Assembly: GCA_028280575.1 (NCBI GenBank)
Contig: JANQLN010000127.1
Span: forward strand, 27,313 to 91,312
Origin: Clostridia bacterium
GTDB taxonomy: Bacteria; Bacillota; Clostridia; Acetivibrionales; STF1-152
DNA length: 64,000 nt
Direction: 5' to 3'
The translations under genes were made by a program, and so were the position numbers. Below the pieces are notes generated by a model. That model was not told the origin of the DNA and ran no database searches. It saw nothing but the letters and a program-made list of their open reading frames with translations. Below, in pieces: positions 49,963 to 58,818 of the stretch (the stretch's first letter is position 1; every line of letters starts with the position of its first letter).

Positions 49963-52218
49963 TTAATCTCTTGCATATGTAATCCTCAACATTTCATCAA
50001 TTGATGTTATCCCGGTTGTTACAAGCTGTATACAGTTTTGCTGCAATGTTTTCATCCCTTTTTTCAAAGCCGCTTCCTTTAACAGGCCCGCCGGTTTATT
50101 GTGGGCAATGAGCTCCATCAGTTCACTGTCCACAGTCATAATTTCATATACGGCAATCCGTCCTTTGTATCCCGTATTGCTGCACTTGTCACAGCCTTTG
50201 GGCCTGAACAGCTTTACATTGTCCCCGGGTTCAAGCCTTAAAATGCCTTTCTCACTCTCTGTAGGCTCGTACTCTTCCTTGCAGTCACTGCAAAATCTCC
50301 TCACCAGCCTTTGTGCTATTACTCCTACTATTGAAGATGCAAGCATATATGGCTCTATTCCCATGTCTATAACTCTTGTGATTGAACTGGCGGCATCATT
50401 TGTATGAAGGGTACTCAGGACAAGATGTCCTGTAATAGCGGCTCTGGTGGCTATCTCTGCCGTTTCGGGATCTCTTATCTCTCCCACCATTATTATATCC
50501 GGGTCCTGTCTCAAAAAGGCCCTTAATGCAACGGCAAATGTCATTCCCGCCTTTACATTGACCTGCACCTGGTTTATTCCCTCTATGGTATTTTCAACCG
50601 GGTCTTCAACAGTCATTATATTTATTTCGGGACTGCACAGCTCCTTAAGTGCAGTGTAAAGCGTGGTGGACTTACCGCTTCCCGTGGGGCCTGTTACCAG
50701 GACAATCCCGTGGGGATTGGCTAATATTTTGTCAAATTTTTTCAAATCATCTTCAAAAAACCCAAGCTCTTCCTTCTTGACATTGAAGCCTTCCTTGTCT
50801 GCAAGCCTTATTACAGCCTTTTCGCCAAAAACTGCAGGCAGTATGGATACACGCATATCAAAGCTGCGCGAATCAATATGCAGGGAAATCCTTCCGTCCT
50901 GGGGTATCCTTTTTTCAGCAATGTTCAAACCGCTTAAAATTTTTATCCTGGCTATCAGTGCGGGAAGAATCTTTATGTCATTTCTCATTACCTCAACAAG
51001 CTGCCCGTCGATTCTGTTCCTTACCACAACAACATCCTCATGGGGCTCTATATGTATGTCACTGGCCTTGCTTGAGGCCGCCTTGTTGAAAATTAGCTTT
51101 ACCATCTTTACAATAGGTGCATTTTGTACATCACTTATATCTACCGAGTCCTCAATATCCTGGGTAATTTCAACCTTGATTTCTTCATGGACCTTCTTCA
51201 TTTCCTCATCAAAGTCTATTACCTCCGCCACGGGCTTTGCTTTTTTCTTTGCCGTACTCTTCTTCTGTTTCTCTTCCTCTTTTTTCCTTCCTTCAAAAAA
51301 CTTATCTATGTAAGCAGTTATATCCTTGCCGTCCGCCAGCAGCGGAATAATTTCAAATCCTGTGGCAAGCCTTAAATCGTCTATGGCAAAAATATTGCTT
51401 GAATCACTCATGGCAACCTTTAATGTAATGCCTTCTACTTCAATCGGCAAAACAGTATGCCGCCTGGCAAGCCTCTCACCGATTTTTTCCAGCATTTTAT
51501 CGTTTATCTTTTCCTCTTTTACATCTGCATAGTTAACTCCCATCTTTTTAAGCGCTTCATGATAAGCATTTTTATCTATATAGCCTTGAGAAATAAGGAT
51601 TTCGCCAATGCTCCCTCCATTTTCCTTTTGAAGCTTCAAAGCCAGCTGGAACTGGCCGCTGGTGATAATTTCTTTTCCTGTCAGGTACTTTCCAATCTTG
51701 CCTTCAATCATATTATTGGAAGCTTCCCCGGCTTCTTCCTCTGCTTCTTCAACTTTCTCTTCCGGTAATTCCTGTTTTTCTTCCTTGACATAATTTTGCT
51801 CAATTAATCTTTCTATTTCAATATGGTCCGCATATACGGCCTTTACTTTTAATGATGTAGAAACCTGTATGTCCTCCAGAACATATACATCGGTGGGATC
51901 CTTCATTGCAATTATTATGGTATCGTCATCTATATCAAGGGGGAATATGCAGTGCTTTCTCGCAAGCTCTGCGGGCAAAGGCTCAAGGACATCAGGACCA
52001 AGCTTTGCTATTTTGCTCAAATCCCTGTATTCCAGCCCCATTTTTTTTGCCCGGGCAAATAAAATGTCATTTTTTTGTACAAATTTCATCTCTTCGAGAA
52101 TCTGCTGCAATCCTTTGTTGGTTTTGCGCTGAATTTCCCAGGCTTCCTTCAGGTGTTCAATTTTTAATGCTCCTGTTTCCACAAGCACTTCATCCAGATT
52201 TTCGTCTACAATTCCCAT
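49963..52218 (-). CDS. pilB: PilB/GspE-family pilus extension ATPase with duplicated N-terminal T2SSE_N (MshEN-like) domain
   Basis: 751 aa with Walker A GPTGSGKST, IMVGEIRD, TGHLVLSTLHTN, and the tetracysteine CSDC…CDKC. It has two N-domains (res ~5-140 and ~172-310), each starting with an LGxxLxxxGxIxxxxLxxALxxQ-like motif. Confidence 0.95.
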   Translation of the reverse strand: MGIVDENLDEVLVETGALKIEHLKEAWEIQRKTNKGLQQILEEMKFVQKNDILFARAKKMGLEYRDLSKIAKLGPDVLEPLPAELARKHCIFPLDIDDDTIIIAMKDPTDVYVLEDIQVSTSLKVKAVYADHIEIERLIEQNYVKEEKQELPEEKVEEAEEEAGEASNNMIEGKIGKYLTGKEIITSGQFQLALKLQKENGGSIGEILISQGYIDKNAYHEALKKMGVNYADVKEEKINDKMLEKIGERLARRHTVLPIEVEGITLKVAMSDSSNIFAIDDLRLATGFEIIPLLADGKDITAYIDKFFEGRKKEEEKQKKSTAKKKAKPVAEVIDFDEEMKKVHEEIKVEITQDIEDSVDISDVQNAPIVKMVKLIFNKAASSKASDIHIEPHEDVVVVRNRIDGQLVEVMRNDIKILPALIARIKILSGLNIAEKRIPQDGRISLHIDSRSFDMRVSILPAVFGEKAVIRLADKEGFNVKKEELGFFEDDLKKFDKILANPHGIVLVTGPTGSGKSTTLYTALKELCSPEINIMTVEDPVENTIEGINQVQVNVKAGMTFAVALRAFLRQDPDIIMVGEIRDPETAEIATRAAITGHLVLSTLHTNDAASSITRVIDMGIEPYMLASSIVGVIAQRLVRRFCSDCKEEYEPTESEKGILRLEPGDNVKLFRPKGCDKCSNTGYKGRIAVYEIMTVDSELMELIAHNKPAGLLKEAALKKGMKTLQQNCIQLVTTGITSIDEMLRITYARD

Positions 52219-52282
52219 TTTTGTACTCCTAACGTTTTATTCGTCATAGAATAATTATATTGTATTCCCATGATGTTGTTAA

Positions 52283-52335
52283 TAGACTGTGCGTCTCATA
52301 TATTAGAATATTTTATCAGATTTTGGTTGAAACCA
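52283..52335 (-). promoter_or_regulatory. Candidate promoter of the pilus operon (extended -10)
   Basis: The minus strand reads TTGGTT…(15 nt)…TGATAAAAT about 90 nt upstream of pilB. The match is weak. Confidence 0.25.
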
Positions 52336-52518
52336 ATTACCCACGTGTCACCATGTTGCATTCATATACATTTTTTTCTTATAAAGTGCTTATCTACGAC
52401 ATTTCAGACCATTTTTCCCTATAGAATCATATACATGGCAAGTCTTTAAAAATATGTGGTTATGTAAACCGATTTTTAGGACTTAGCTGCAAAAATGGTA
52501 TTTTTTTGCCGGACTTGC

Positions 52519-53679
52519 CTACTCAATTATAACCGAGCTGCCTATCCTGACCTTGGAAATATCTCCTATAGGATTACGTCCGATTGTTACTTTTTTCAAA
52601 CGGGTTAAATTTTTAAGAGGCTTGACATCAGTTATCCTGTTATCGTACAGGTCTAAATTTGTCAGGCTGCTTAGCCCCCCCAGCGGGTTAAGGTCTATGA
52701 TGTTATTGTCACTTAGTTTAAGCTCGGACAAATTGATCAAGGATGCCAGCGGATTTACATCGGATATATAATTGTTCCCTAAATTCAAGCTGTTTAAATT
52801 GGTCAATGTCCCGATAGGTGTAACATCCTGGATGTCATTATGAAAAAGGTTAAGGGTTGAGAGCTTTTCCAGGTTGCTCAACGGGGCAACATCCATAATA
52901 TGGTTTCCGGACATGGATAATGTTTCTAAATGGCTCATTCCCCGGATTGTACTTAAATCATTAATGTAATTATTGTCCAGGTATAAATGCTTAAGTCCGG
53001 CAATGCTGCTTAAGGAGTTTATACTGATAATGTGGTTGTCTTTTATGCTGAGGCTTGTTATTTTTTTCAAATCCCTAAGAAAGCTTATATTGTTTATCTT
53101 ATTATCATCCATTGTCAATTTGGTAAGATTTCCGAAAACCTGCAAGCCGTCAAGGGTTTTTATTGATAATCCGCTAATATCCAATTCCGTTATGTGAGAT
53201 ACATCTTCAACAAGCAATATCCCCGACGGTTTTTTCACTATCTTTCTTATGGCATCTTCCAGCTTACTGTCTTCAAAGTACAGCAAACCTGCCCTTTTGC
53301 AGATGATTTTCAGCTTATCCTTAGAAAAATTTCCTTCCACATCATCTATGGATATTTTTCCTGTTTTAACCTGCAGTGCTATAAAGCTATACAGGTCTGC
53401 TTCATATGAGGTTTCTTCCTGGACCACATCCTGGGATTTTTCCCCTTCGCCGGGATTAAATGAAATTGATACTCCTTTCGATAAAAAAGCGCTGTACCCT
53501 ATTATCCCCACCAGTAACAAAATAATGGCAACAACCAGTATCCCTATGGGAGACTTTATTTTCATGCTTATATTTTTCTTTTTCCCTTTCCCTTTCCCTT
53601 TCCCCTTCCCTTTTTCATCCTCATCCATTTTCAAGCCTTCATAATACTCTTTTGTACTGTCATTTAACAAACTGTTCAT
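52519..53679 (-). CDS. Membrane-anchored leucine-rich repeat (internalin-like) protein with cytoplasmic Lys-Gly repeat
   Basis: The start is set at MNSLLND (RBS GGGGAG). It contains EDEKGKGKGKGKGKKK, a single TM (IGILVVAIILLLVGIIGY), then ~10 tandem 22-residue LRRs (LxxLxxLxLxxNxIxDxxPL). Confidence 0.85.
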   Translation of the reverse strand: MNSLLNDSTKEYYEGLKMDEDEKGKGKGKGKGKKKNISMKIKSPIGILVVAIILLLVGIIGYSAFLSKGVSISFNPGEGEKSQDVVQEETSYEADLYSFIALQVKTGKISIDDVEGNFSKDKLKIICKRAGLLYFEDSKLEDAIRKIVKKPSGILLVEDVSHITELDISGLSIKTLDGLQVFGNLTKLTMDDNKINNISFLRDLKKITSLSIKDNHIISINSLSSIAGLKHLYLDNNYINDLSTIRGMSHLETLSMSGNHIMDVAPLSNLEKLSTLNLFHNDIQDVTPIGTLTNLNSLNLGNNYISDVNPLASLINLSELKLSDNNIIDLNPLGGLSSLTNLDLYDNRITDVKPLKNLTRLKKVTIGRNPIGDISKVRIGSSVIIE

Positions 53680-54369
53680 TTGATACACTCCCCACATAAA
53701 AATTTGAATAACCAAAATCCTTTAACATTATTTTTATTAAAATTTTTCCGGATATAATAAAAGTCAAGCTGTTATTAAGTGACAACAATCCCCAATAACA
53801 TTATATTTTTTTTTAGCGAATCATTATATAGATAATATTACCTATAGATACAGTACGGTAAACCCATAACATATAACATAAGACCTATACATAATAAAAA
53901 TTTATGTAAACAATTTGAACAAAAGCATCAGGGTAAAAATGCCCTGCAGCAAGCCGCCGGCATAAGGAATAATGTAAAAACAGGAAAATACACCTGCAGC
54001 GGCTGCCGGTCCCGGAATACAAATTAATATATCCTGTAAAAAATGTTATTATGTATATCAAATATATTGAGAAAAAAGTCGTAAAAAAAAGATTCCTGTT
54101 AAATCCTAAACATGTTACATTTTCTCCGGGGCCAAAAGCGTTGTCCCTGCTTACACTCATAAGCTCCAGTGAAACGGCAAAATCCACAGCATCCGCGGTC
54201 CAATGGGCTATTGAGTCCCTATCGTCAAATACAGGTTTTTCTCCTTTGCCCTTGCCCGCCTTAATTTGTTTAGGTATCTGTTTTATTCGAATTTTTATAA
54301 ATATGGAATATTTAAGTTTTTTTTAGTTTAAGTATATACGGAAGGGGTAAAATATTATATAATAAATGC

Positions 54370-54390
54370 AAATGCAAACTATTCGCATTT
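54370..54390. promoter_or_regulatory. Candidate Zur box upstream of znuA
   Basis: AAATGCAAACTATTCGCATTT is an imperfect 21-bp dyad (AAATGC…GCATTT) located 19 bp upstream of the znuA start. Confidence 0.4.
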
Positions 54391-54408
54391 AAAAGGGAGG
54401 ATTTTACA

Positions 54409-55746
54409 TTGAAAACAAACAAATTTCATATTTATGCAGTAATAATACTTGTTTTAATTTTTATCACCGGATGCAAAGCTTCAACCAGCACAGATTTGGC
54501 AGATGAAAGCAATTTGGCAGATGAAAGCAAAATAACCGTATATACAAGCTTTTACCCAATGTATGATTTTGCAAAAAAAATTGGCGGTGATAAAATAAAC
54601 CTGTTTAACCTTGTCCCCGCAGGAACCGAACCCCATGATTGGGAACCGGCACCGAAAGATATTGCAGCCATCGGCAAAGCGGATGTTTTAATATATAACG
54701 GGGCCGGGATGGAAAACTGGATAAACAAAATAATACGCTCCATAGATACTAAAAATATGGTACTGGTTGAAACTTCAAAAGGTTTGAGTCTTATTAAGAA
54801 TGAACACTGGGACGGGCACGGCCATGAGGGTGAGCATGATCATGAGGACGAACACGGTCATGAGGATGAACACGATCATGAGTGTGGACACGGACATGAG
54901 TGTGGTCATGAGTGTGGACACAGCCATGAGGATGAACACGATCATGAGGATGAACACGATCATGAGGACGAACACGGTCATGAGTGTGGACACGGACATG
55001 AGTGTGGTCATGAGTGTGGACACAGTCATGAGGATGAACACGATCATGAGGATGAACACGGTCATGAGGATGAGCACGGTCATGAGGACGAACACGGTCA
55101 TGAGGGTGAACACGATCATGAGGATGAACACGGTCATGAGGACGAACACGGTCATGAGGACGAGCACGATCATGAGGACGAACACGGTCATGAGGACGGA
55201 CACGGTCATAGCCATGATGATCTTGAGTATGACCCCCATGTATGGCTTGATCCTTCATTGGCAAAACAGCAAATGGAGGCTATCAAGAATGCATTTGCAG
55301 ATATTGACCCCGCAAACAGGGAGTTTTATGAAAAGAATTATTTATCAAATGCAAAATTGATTGATGAACTTGACAAAGACTATAGAGATGCCGTATCAAA
55401 TTTTAAAAGTAAAGAAATAATAGTAACACATGCGGCATTTGGATATCTTTGCAAGGCTTACGGCCTCAAACAGATTGCGGTGGAAGGTCTCAGCCACCAT
55501 TCAGAGCCTTCACCTAAAAAATTGTCCGAAATTACAACATTTGCCATAGAAAATAATGTAAAATATATTTTCTTCGATACGCTTGTAAGTCCTAAGGTTG
55601 CAAAAACCCTGGCAAATGAAGTCGGTGCAGAAACCGGAATATTGCATACATTGGGAGGGCTTCATGAACAAGAAATTGAAGCCGGAAAAGAGTACTTTTC
55701 CATAATGAGGGATAATCTTGAAGCACTTAAAAAAGCACTTGAATAA
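54409..55746 (+). CDS. znuA: Zinc ABC transporter substrate-binding lipoprotein ZnuA/AdcA-like with hyper-expanded His-rich loop
   Basis: 445 aa with a TTG start after GGGAGG and lipobox ITGC. Cluster A-I SBP motifs are present (YTSFYPMYDF, EPHDWEP, DPHVWLDP, THAAFGYL), with a 139-aa His/Asp/Glu/Cys insert. Confidence 0.9.
   Translation: MKTNKFHIYAVIILVLIFITGCKASTSTDLADESNLADESKITVYTSFYPMYDFAKKIGGDKINLFNLVPAGTEPHDWEPAPKDIAAIGKADVLIYNGAGMENWINKIIRSIDTKNMVLVETSKGLSLIKNEHWDGHGHEGEHDHEDEHGHEDEHDHECGHGHECGHECGHSHEDEHDHEDEHDHEDEHGHECGHGHECGHECGHSHEDEHDHEDEHGHEDEHGHEDEHGHEGEHDHEDEHGHEDEHGHEDEHDHEDEHGHEDGHGHSHDDLEYDPHVWLDPSLAKQQMEAIKNAFADIDPANREFYEKNYLSNAKLIDELDKDYRDAVSNFKSKEIIVTHAAFGYLCKAYGLKQIAVEGLSHHSEPSPKKLSEITTFAIENNVKYIFFDTLVSPKVAKTLANEVGAETGILHTLGGLHEQEIEAGKEYFSIMRDNLEALKKALE
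54805..55221 (+). repeat. Coding tandem repeats (18-bp HEDEHG/D units; 102-bp higher-order duplication)
   Basis: catgaggaYgaRcacgRt-type 18-mers are reiterated. The block catgagtgtggacacggacatgagtgtggtcatgagtgtggacacagYcatgaggatgaacacgatcatgaggatgaacacg occurs at 54877 and again at 54979. Confidence 0.9.
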
Positions 55747-55759
55747 TAATGGAGGCACA

Positions 55760-56533
55760 ATGCAGGGAGCAATAGACGTAAATAATCTATCTTTTTCATA
55801 CAATGGAAAGCCGGTAATCAAAGATTTTTCCTTTTCCGTTAATAAAGGTGATTTCCTTGGAATAATAGGTGCAAACGGTTCGGGAAAAAGCACACTCATT
55901 AAGCTCCTGGTTAAAATACTTGAGCCTTGCGGCGGGGAGATAAAAATACTTGGTCAAAGGATCAGCTCTTTTAAAAGCTGGAATAAAATAGGTTATATTT
56001 CACAAAAAGCAAGCTCTTTTAACAGCAGCTTTCCTGCTACTGTGGAGGAAGTAGTTTCCGCCAATATGTATTCAAAAACCAATATTTTTAAAAAACGTGA
56101 CATAAAAATCAAAGAAGAGGTATACAATGCACTTCAAAAAGTTGATATGCATCAATACGGAAAAAGCCTCATCGGTAATTTGTCCGGCGGCCAGCAGCAA
56201 AGGGTCTTTATAGCAAGAGTACTTGTAAGCAGGCCTGAGATTATGTTTCTGGATGAACCAACCGTAGGCATAGACGCAAAGTCGGAAGAGGCGGTTTACT
56301 GTCTTCTTGCCCGGCTAAACAAGGAGCTGGGCATTACAATAGTCATGGTAACACATGATATAGGTGCAATAACGGTTCATGCAAACAAGCTTTTGTTTTT
56401 AAGTGAAAACGGATTAATCCTGCAAAGCACCGAAGATACTATGACAGGCGATTTTATATCAAAGATGTACGGGTATGGTATCAACTTCCAGTCACATATT
56501 TGCAGGTACTGCAATAATAAAGGAGAAAACTAA
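55760..56533 (+). CDS. znuC: Zinc ABC transporter ATP-binding protein
   Basis: The start MQGAIDV is preceded by GGAGG. Walker A GANGSGKST, signature LSGGQQQR, Walker B MFLDEPTVGID. Confidence 0.9.
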   Translation: MQGAIDVNNLSFSYNGKPVIKDFSFSVNKGDFLGIIGANGSGKSTLIKLLVKILEPCGGEIKILGQRISSFKSWNKIGYISQKASSFNSSFPATVEEVVSANMYSKTNIFKKRDIKIKEEVYNALQKVDMHQYGKSLIGNLSGGQQQRVFIARVLVSRPEIMFLDEPTVGIDAKSEEAVYCLLARLNKELGITIVMVTHDIGAITVHANKLLFLSENGLILQSTEDTMTGDFISKMYGYGINFQSHICRYCNNKGEN

Positions 56534-57363
56534 TGCTAGAAATATTTCAGTATAATTTTATGATTAAGGCATTTTTAGTTGGAATGCTTATTGCATTAAT
56601 AGTGCCGTGCATCGGTTTAGTTGTTGTATTAAGAAGGCTTTCGATGATAGGAGATACCCTTTCCCACAGTTCTCTTGCGGGAGTTGCGGGCGGATTGGCC
56701 TTTGGTATAAATCCCATATTGGGAGCAACAATAATTTCAATATTTTCCGCCTTCGGGATAGAAAAAATCCGCAAATCCTTTCCCCGCTATGCTGAAATAG
56801 CGCTGGCAATAATAATGTCAACAGGGATCGGACTCGCCGGTATTTTATCCGGCTTTGTAAAAAATACTTCGGGCTTCCACAGCTTTCTCTTTGGAAGCAT
56901 AGTTGCAATTAGCAGCATTGAGCTTATATCGACTATAATATTGAGCATTGTTGTATTTGCATCGGTTATTATTTTATACAGGGAACTATTTTATATTACC
57001 TTTGATGAAGTATCTGCAAGGCTTTCCGGCATACCTGTAAAAGCCATAAATTCTGTTTTTACGCTTCTTACTGCCGTGACCATATCAATATCTGCAAGAA
57101 CGGTAGGTACCCTTGTCATTTCTTCCTTAATGGTACTCCCTGTTGCCTGTGCCTTACAGCTTGCCAAAAGCTATAAACAAACCTTCATATATTCAATTAT
57201 TTTTGCAGAGCTTTTTACAATAACAGGATTGTTCATATCATACTACGCAAACTTTAAGCCGGGAGCCACTATAGTTATGACAGGTGTGATTTGTCTTTTG
57301 ACAATTCTTTTTTATAAAGGAATAAACAAAACACTTATAATAAAAAAACCGGTAAAGGGATGA
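56533..57363 (+). CDS. znuB: Zinc/manganese ABC transporter permease
   Basis: 276 aa with an ABC-3 family pattern (GDTLSHSSLAGVAGG) and ~8 TMs. Its start overlaps the znuC stop (TAATG). Confidence 0.9.
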   Translation: MLEIFQYNFMIKAFLVGMLIALIVPCIGLVVVLRRLSMIGDTLSHSSLAGVAGGLAFGINPILGATIISIFSAFGIEKIRKSFPRYAEIALAIIMSTGIGLAGILSGFVKNTSGFHSFLFGSIVAISSIELISTIILSIVVFASVIILYRELFYITFDEVSARLSGIPVKAINSVFTLLTAVTISISARTVGTLVISSLMVLPVACALQLAKSYKQTFIYSIIFAELFTITGLFISYYANFKPGATIVMTGVICLLTILFYKGINKTLIIKKPVKG

Positions 57364-57794
57364 TTAATTTGAATGACTGCAATAAATATAAAAAAATACT
57401 TGCTGAAAAAGGCTTAAAAAATACAGGTTACAGGAATATCCTTCTTAAAATACTTGAAGAATCCCGCACCCCTTTAACTGTTGAAGAAATATATATAAAA
57501 ATGAAAAAACAAAATTCTGCCGTCAGCCTTTCAACTGTTTACAGGTCTATGGAAACCATGTGGGAAAAAAAACTTGCTGCCAAAACAACTATTATGAATG
57601 ACGGCAAAGCACGGTATGAGTTTAATACAATGGAGCATAAGCACCATTTAATATGCCTTGGCTGCAGCAAAATAGTGGATATAAGCGGATGTCCCTTTAA
57701 GGATTATGAAAAAAACATAACAGGTGAAACAGGATTTGACGTCCGGGGGCATAATCTGGAAATGTATGGCTACTGTCCCGCCTGTCAAAAATGA
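57360..57794 (+). CDS. zur: Fur-family metalloregulator, probable Zur
   Basis: 144 aa with a winged helix (TVYRSMETM), HHHLIC..C and C-terminal CPAC zinc sites. It overlaps znuB by 4 nt. Confidence 0.85.
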   Translation: MINLNDCNKYKKILAEKGLKNTGYRNILLKILEESRTPLTVEEIYIKMKKQNSAVSLSTVYRSMETMWEKKLAAKTTIMNDGKARYEFNTMEHKHHLICLGCSKIVDISGCPFKDYEKNITGETGFDVRGHNLEMYGYCPACQK

Positions 57795-57948
57795 AGATTA
57801 TAACAGTCCAAATTGTTCTAAACAGCCTCTAAATCAATTTATGAAAAAATTACAAACCGGTCTTACTATATGAAGCAAATAAAAAAAATTTTTTTGTTTA
57901 TAATATTTACATGCGAAAAAAAATTTTTTGAAGAAAGGAGCGTTTCAA

Positions 57949-58770
57949 ATGAAAGGAAAGGTTACACTTATTACACTTATTTTATTAGCACTGGTGCTGG
58001 TTTCATGTTCCCAACAGGCTATTAAAGGTGCTGAATCATCCATCACAAAGCTGGGTGATATACAAAATGTAAAAATAACGACGGACCAGGCCAGCATAAG
58101 AGCAGGCTGCTCAAATGATACTTCCGTACTTCAGACATCAAATAAAAACGATATACATGAAGTGCTGAGCAAAGTTGCCGACTGGTATGCGGTCAAGCTT
58201 CCCGATAATAAAATCGGATTTATACCTGAAAATGAATGCAAGCCTGTAGTAGTCGACGATAAAGATACTGCTCCTGCTCCAGGTACTGCAGAACCCCCCC
58301 GGCAGGACAGGCAGGGAGGCAATGCAGGTGCGCAGGAAGAACCAATCATACCTGATGACGCTGAAGCTAACGTAGCTTCGCTTACCGCCGACGAAAAGGA
58401 AATGATAAGACTGGTTAATGAGGCCAGGACTCAAAACAAGGTACCGGTGCTTACAATAGATATGGAATTGACCAATGTGGCTAGAATTAAGGCACAGGAT
58501 ATGATTGACAATAATTACTTCAGCCATAATTCACCAACTTACGGCAGTCCGTTTGATATGCTTAAAGACTTTGGCATACGATATGTTCGTGCCGGAGAAA
58601 ACATAGCGGGAAACAGGGATGTCCAGAGTGCCCACAACTCACTTATGAACTCACCCGGACACAGGAAAAATATACTGAGCGAAGAATATACCCATGTAGG
58701 AATAGGCATCAAGAACGGCGGTTCCTATGGTAAAATGTTTTGTCAGATGTTCATTAGCAAACCAAAGTAA
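57949..58770 (+). CDS. Secreted CAP/SCP (YkwD-like) domain protein with N-terminal SH3-like domain
   Basis: The start is at MKGKVTL (RBS AAAGGAG). It has a lipobox-like LVSCS, an SH3b-like segment (IRAGCSNDTSVL…DWYAVKLPDNKIGFI), and the CAP motif NYFSHNSPTYGSPFDML…GENIA…GHRKNIL. Confidence 0.85.
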   Translation: MKGKVTLITLILLALVLVSCSQQAIKGAESSITKLGDIQNVKITTDQASIRAGCSNDTSVLQTSNKNDIHEVLSKVADWYAVKLPDNKIGFIPENECKPVVVDDKDTAPAPGTAEPPRQDRQGGNAGAQEEPIIPDDAEANVASLTADEKEMIRLVNEARTQNKVPVLTIDMELTNVARIKAQDMIDNNYFSHNSPTYGSPFDMLKDFGIRYVRAGENIAGNRDVQSAHNSLMNSPGHRKNILSEEYTHVGIGIKNGGSYGKMFCQMFISKPK

Positions 58771-58781
58771 ATGACTAATTT

Positions 58782-58817
58782 AAAAAAGGTCGGGCAAAAA
58801 AACTCCCGACCTTTTTG
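58782..58817. terminator. Bidirectional intrinsic terminator
   Basis: aaaaaaggtcggg-caaaaaaact-cccgaccttttt is a GC-rich stem flanked by an A-tract and a T-tract, lying between convergent genes. Confidence 0.8.
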
Positions 58818-58818
58818 A

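Noticed and set aside
50099-52232. Multiple plus-strand ORFs up to 216 aa (e.g. 50663-51313)
   Set aside because: They lie antisense to pilB. The translations are Ser/Leu/Phe-rich with no motifs or RBS.
52219-52518. Possible c-di-GMP riboswitch in the pilB leader (the minus strand contains ACGCACAG, as at the 5' end of GEMM-I aptamers)
   Set aside because: The following conserved elements (GGCAAACC, GGGACGCAAAGCC and the paired P1/P2 architecture) are absent. The octamer match is most likely chance.
53885-54187. 100-aa minus-strand ORF upstream of znuA
   Set aside because: The frame contains an SLH-like stretch (FDDRDSIAHWTADAVDFAVSLELMSVSRDNAFGPGENVT) but has no credible start, signal peptide or continuation. 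I read it as a decayed SLH gene fragment rather than a live gene. A neighbouring frame gives a hydrophobic 40-aa peptide without a start codon.
54775-55360. Three ORFs (154-186 aa) in other frames or on the other strand over the znuA repeat region
   Set aside because: They are artefacts of the 18-bp tandem repeats, which remove stop codons in all frames. The translations are monotonous MTVFVLM / HDRVRPH / MRMNTV repeats.
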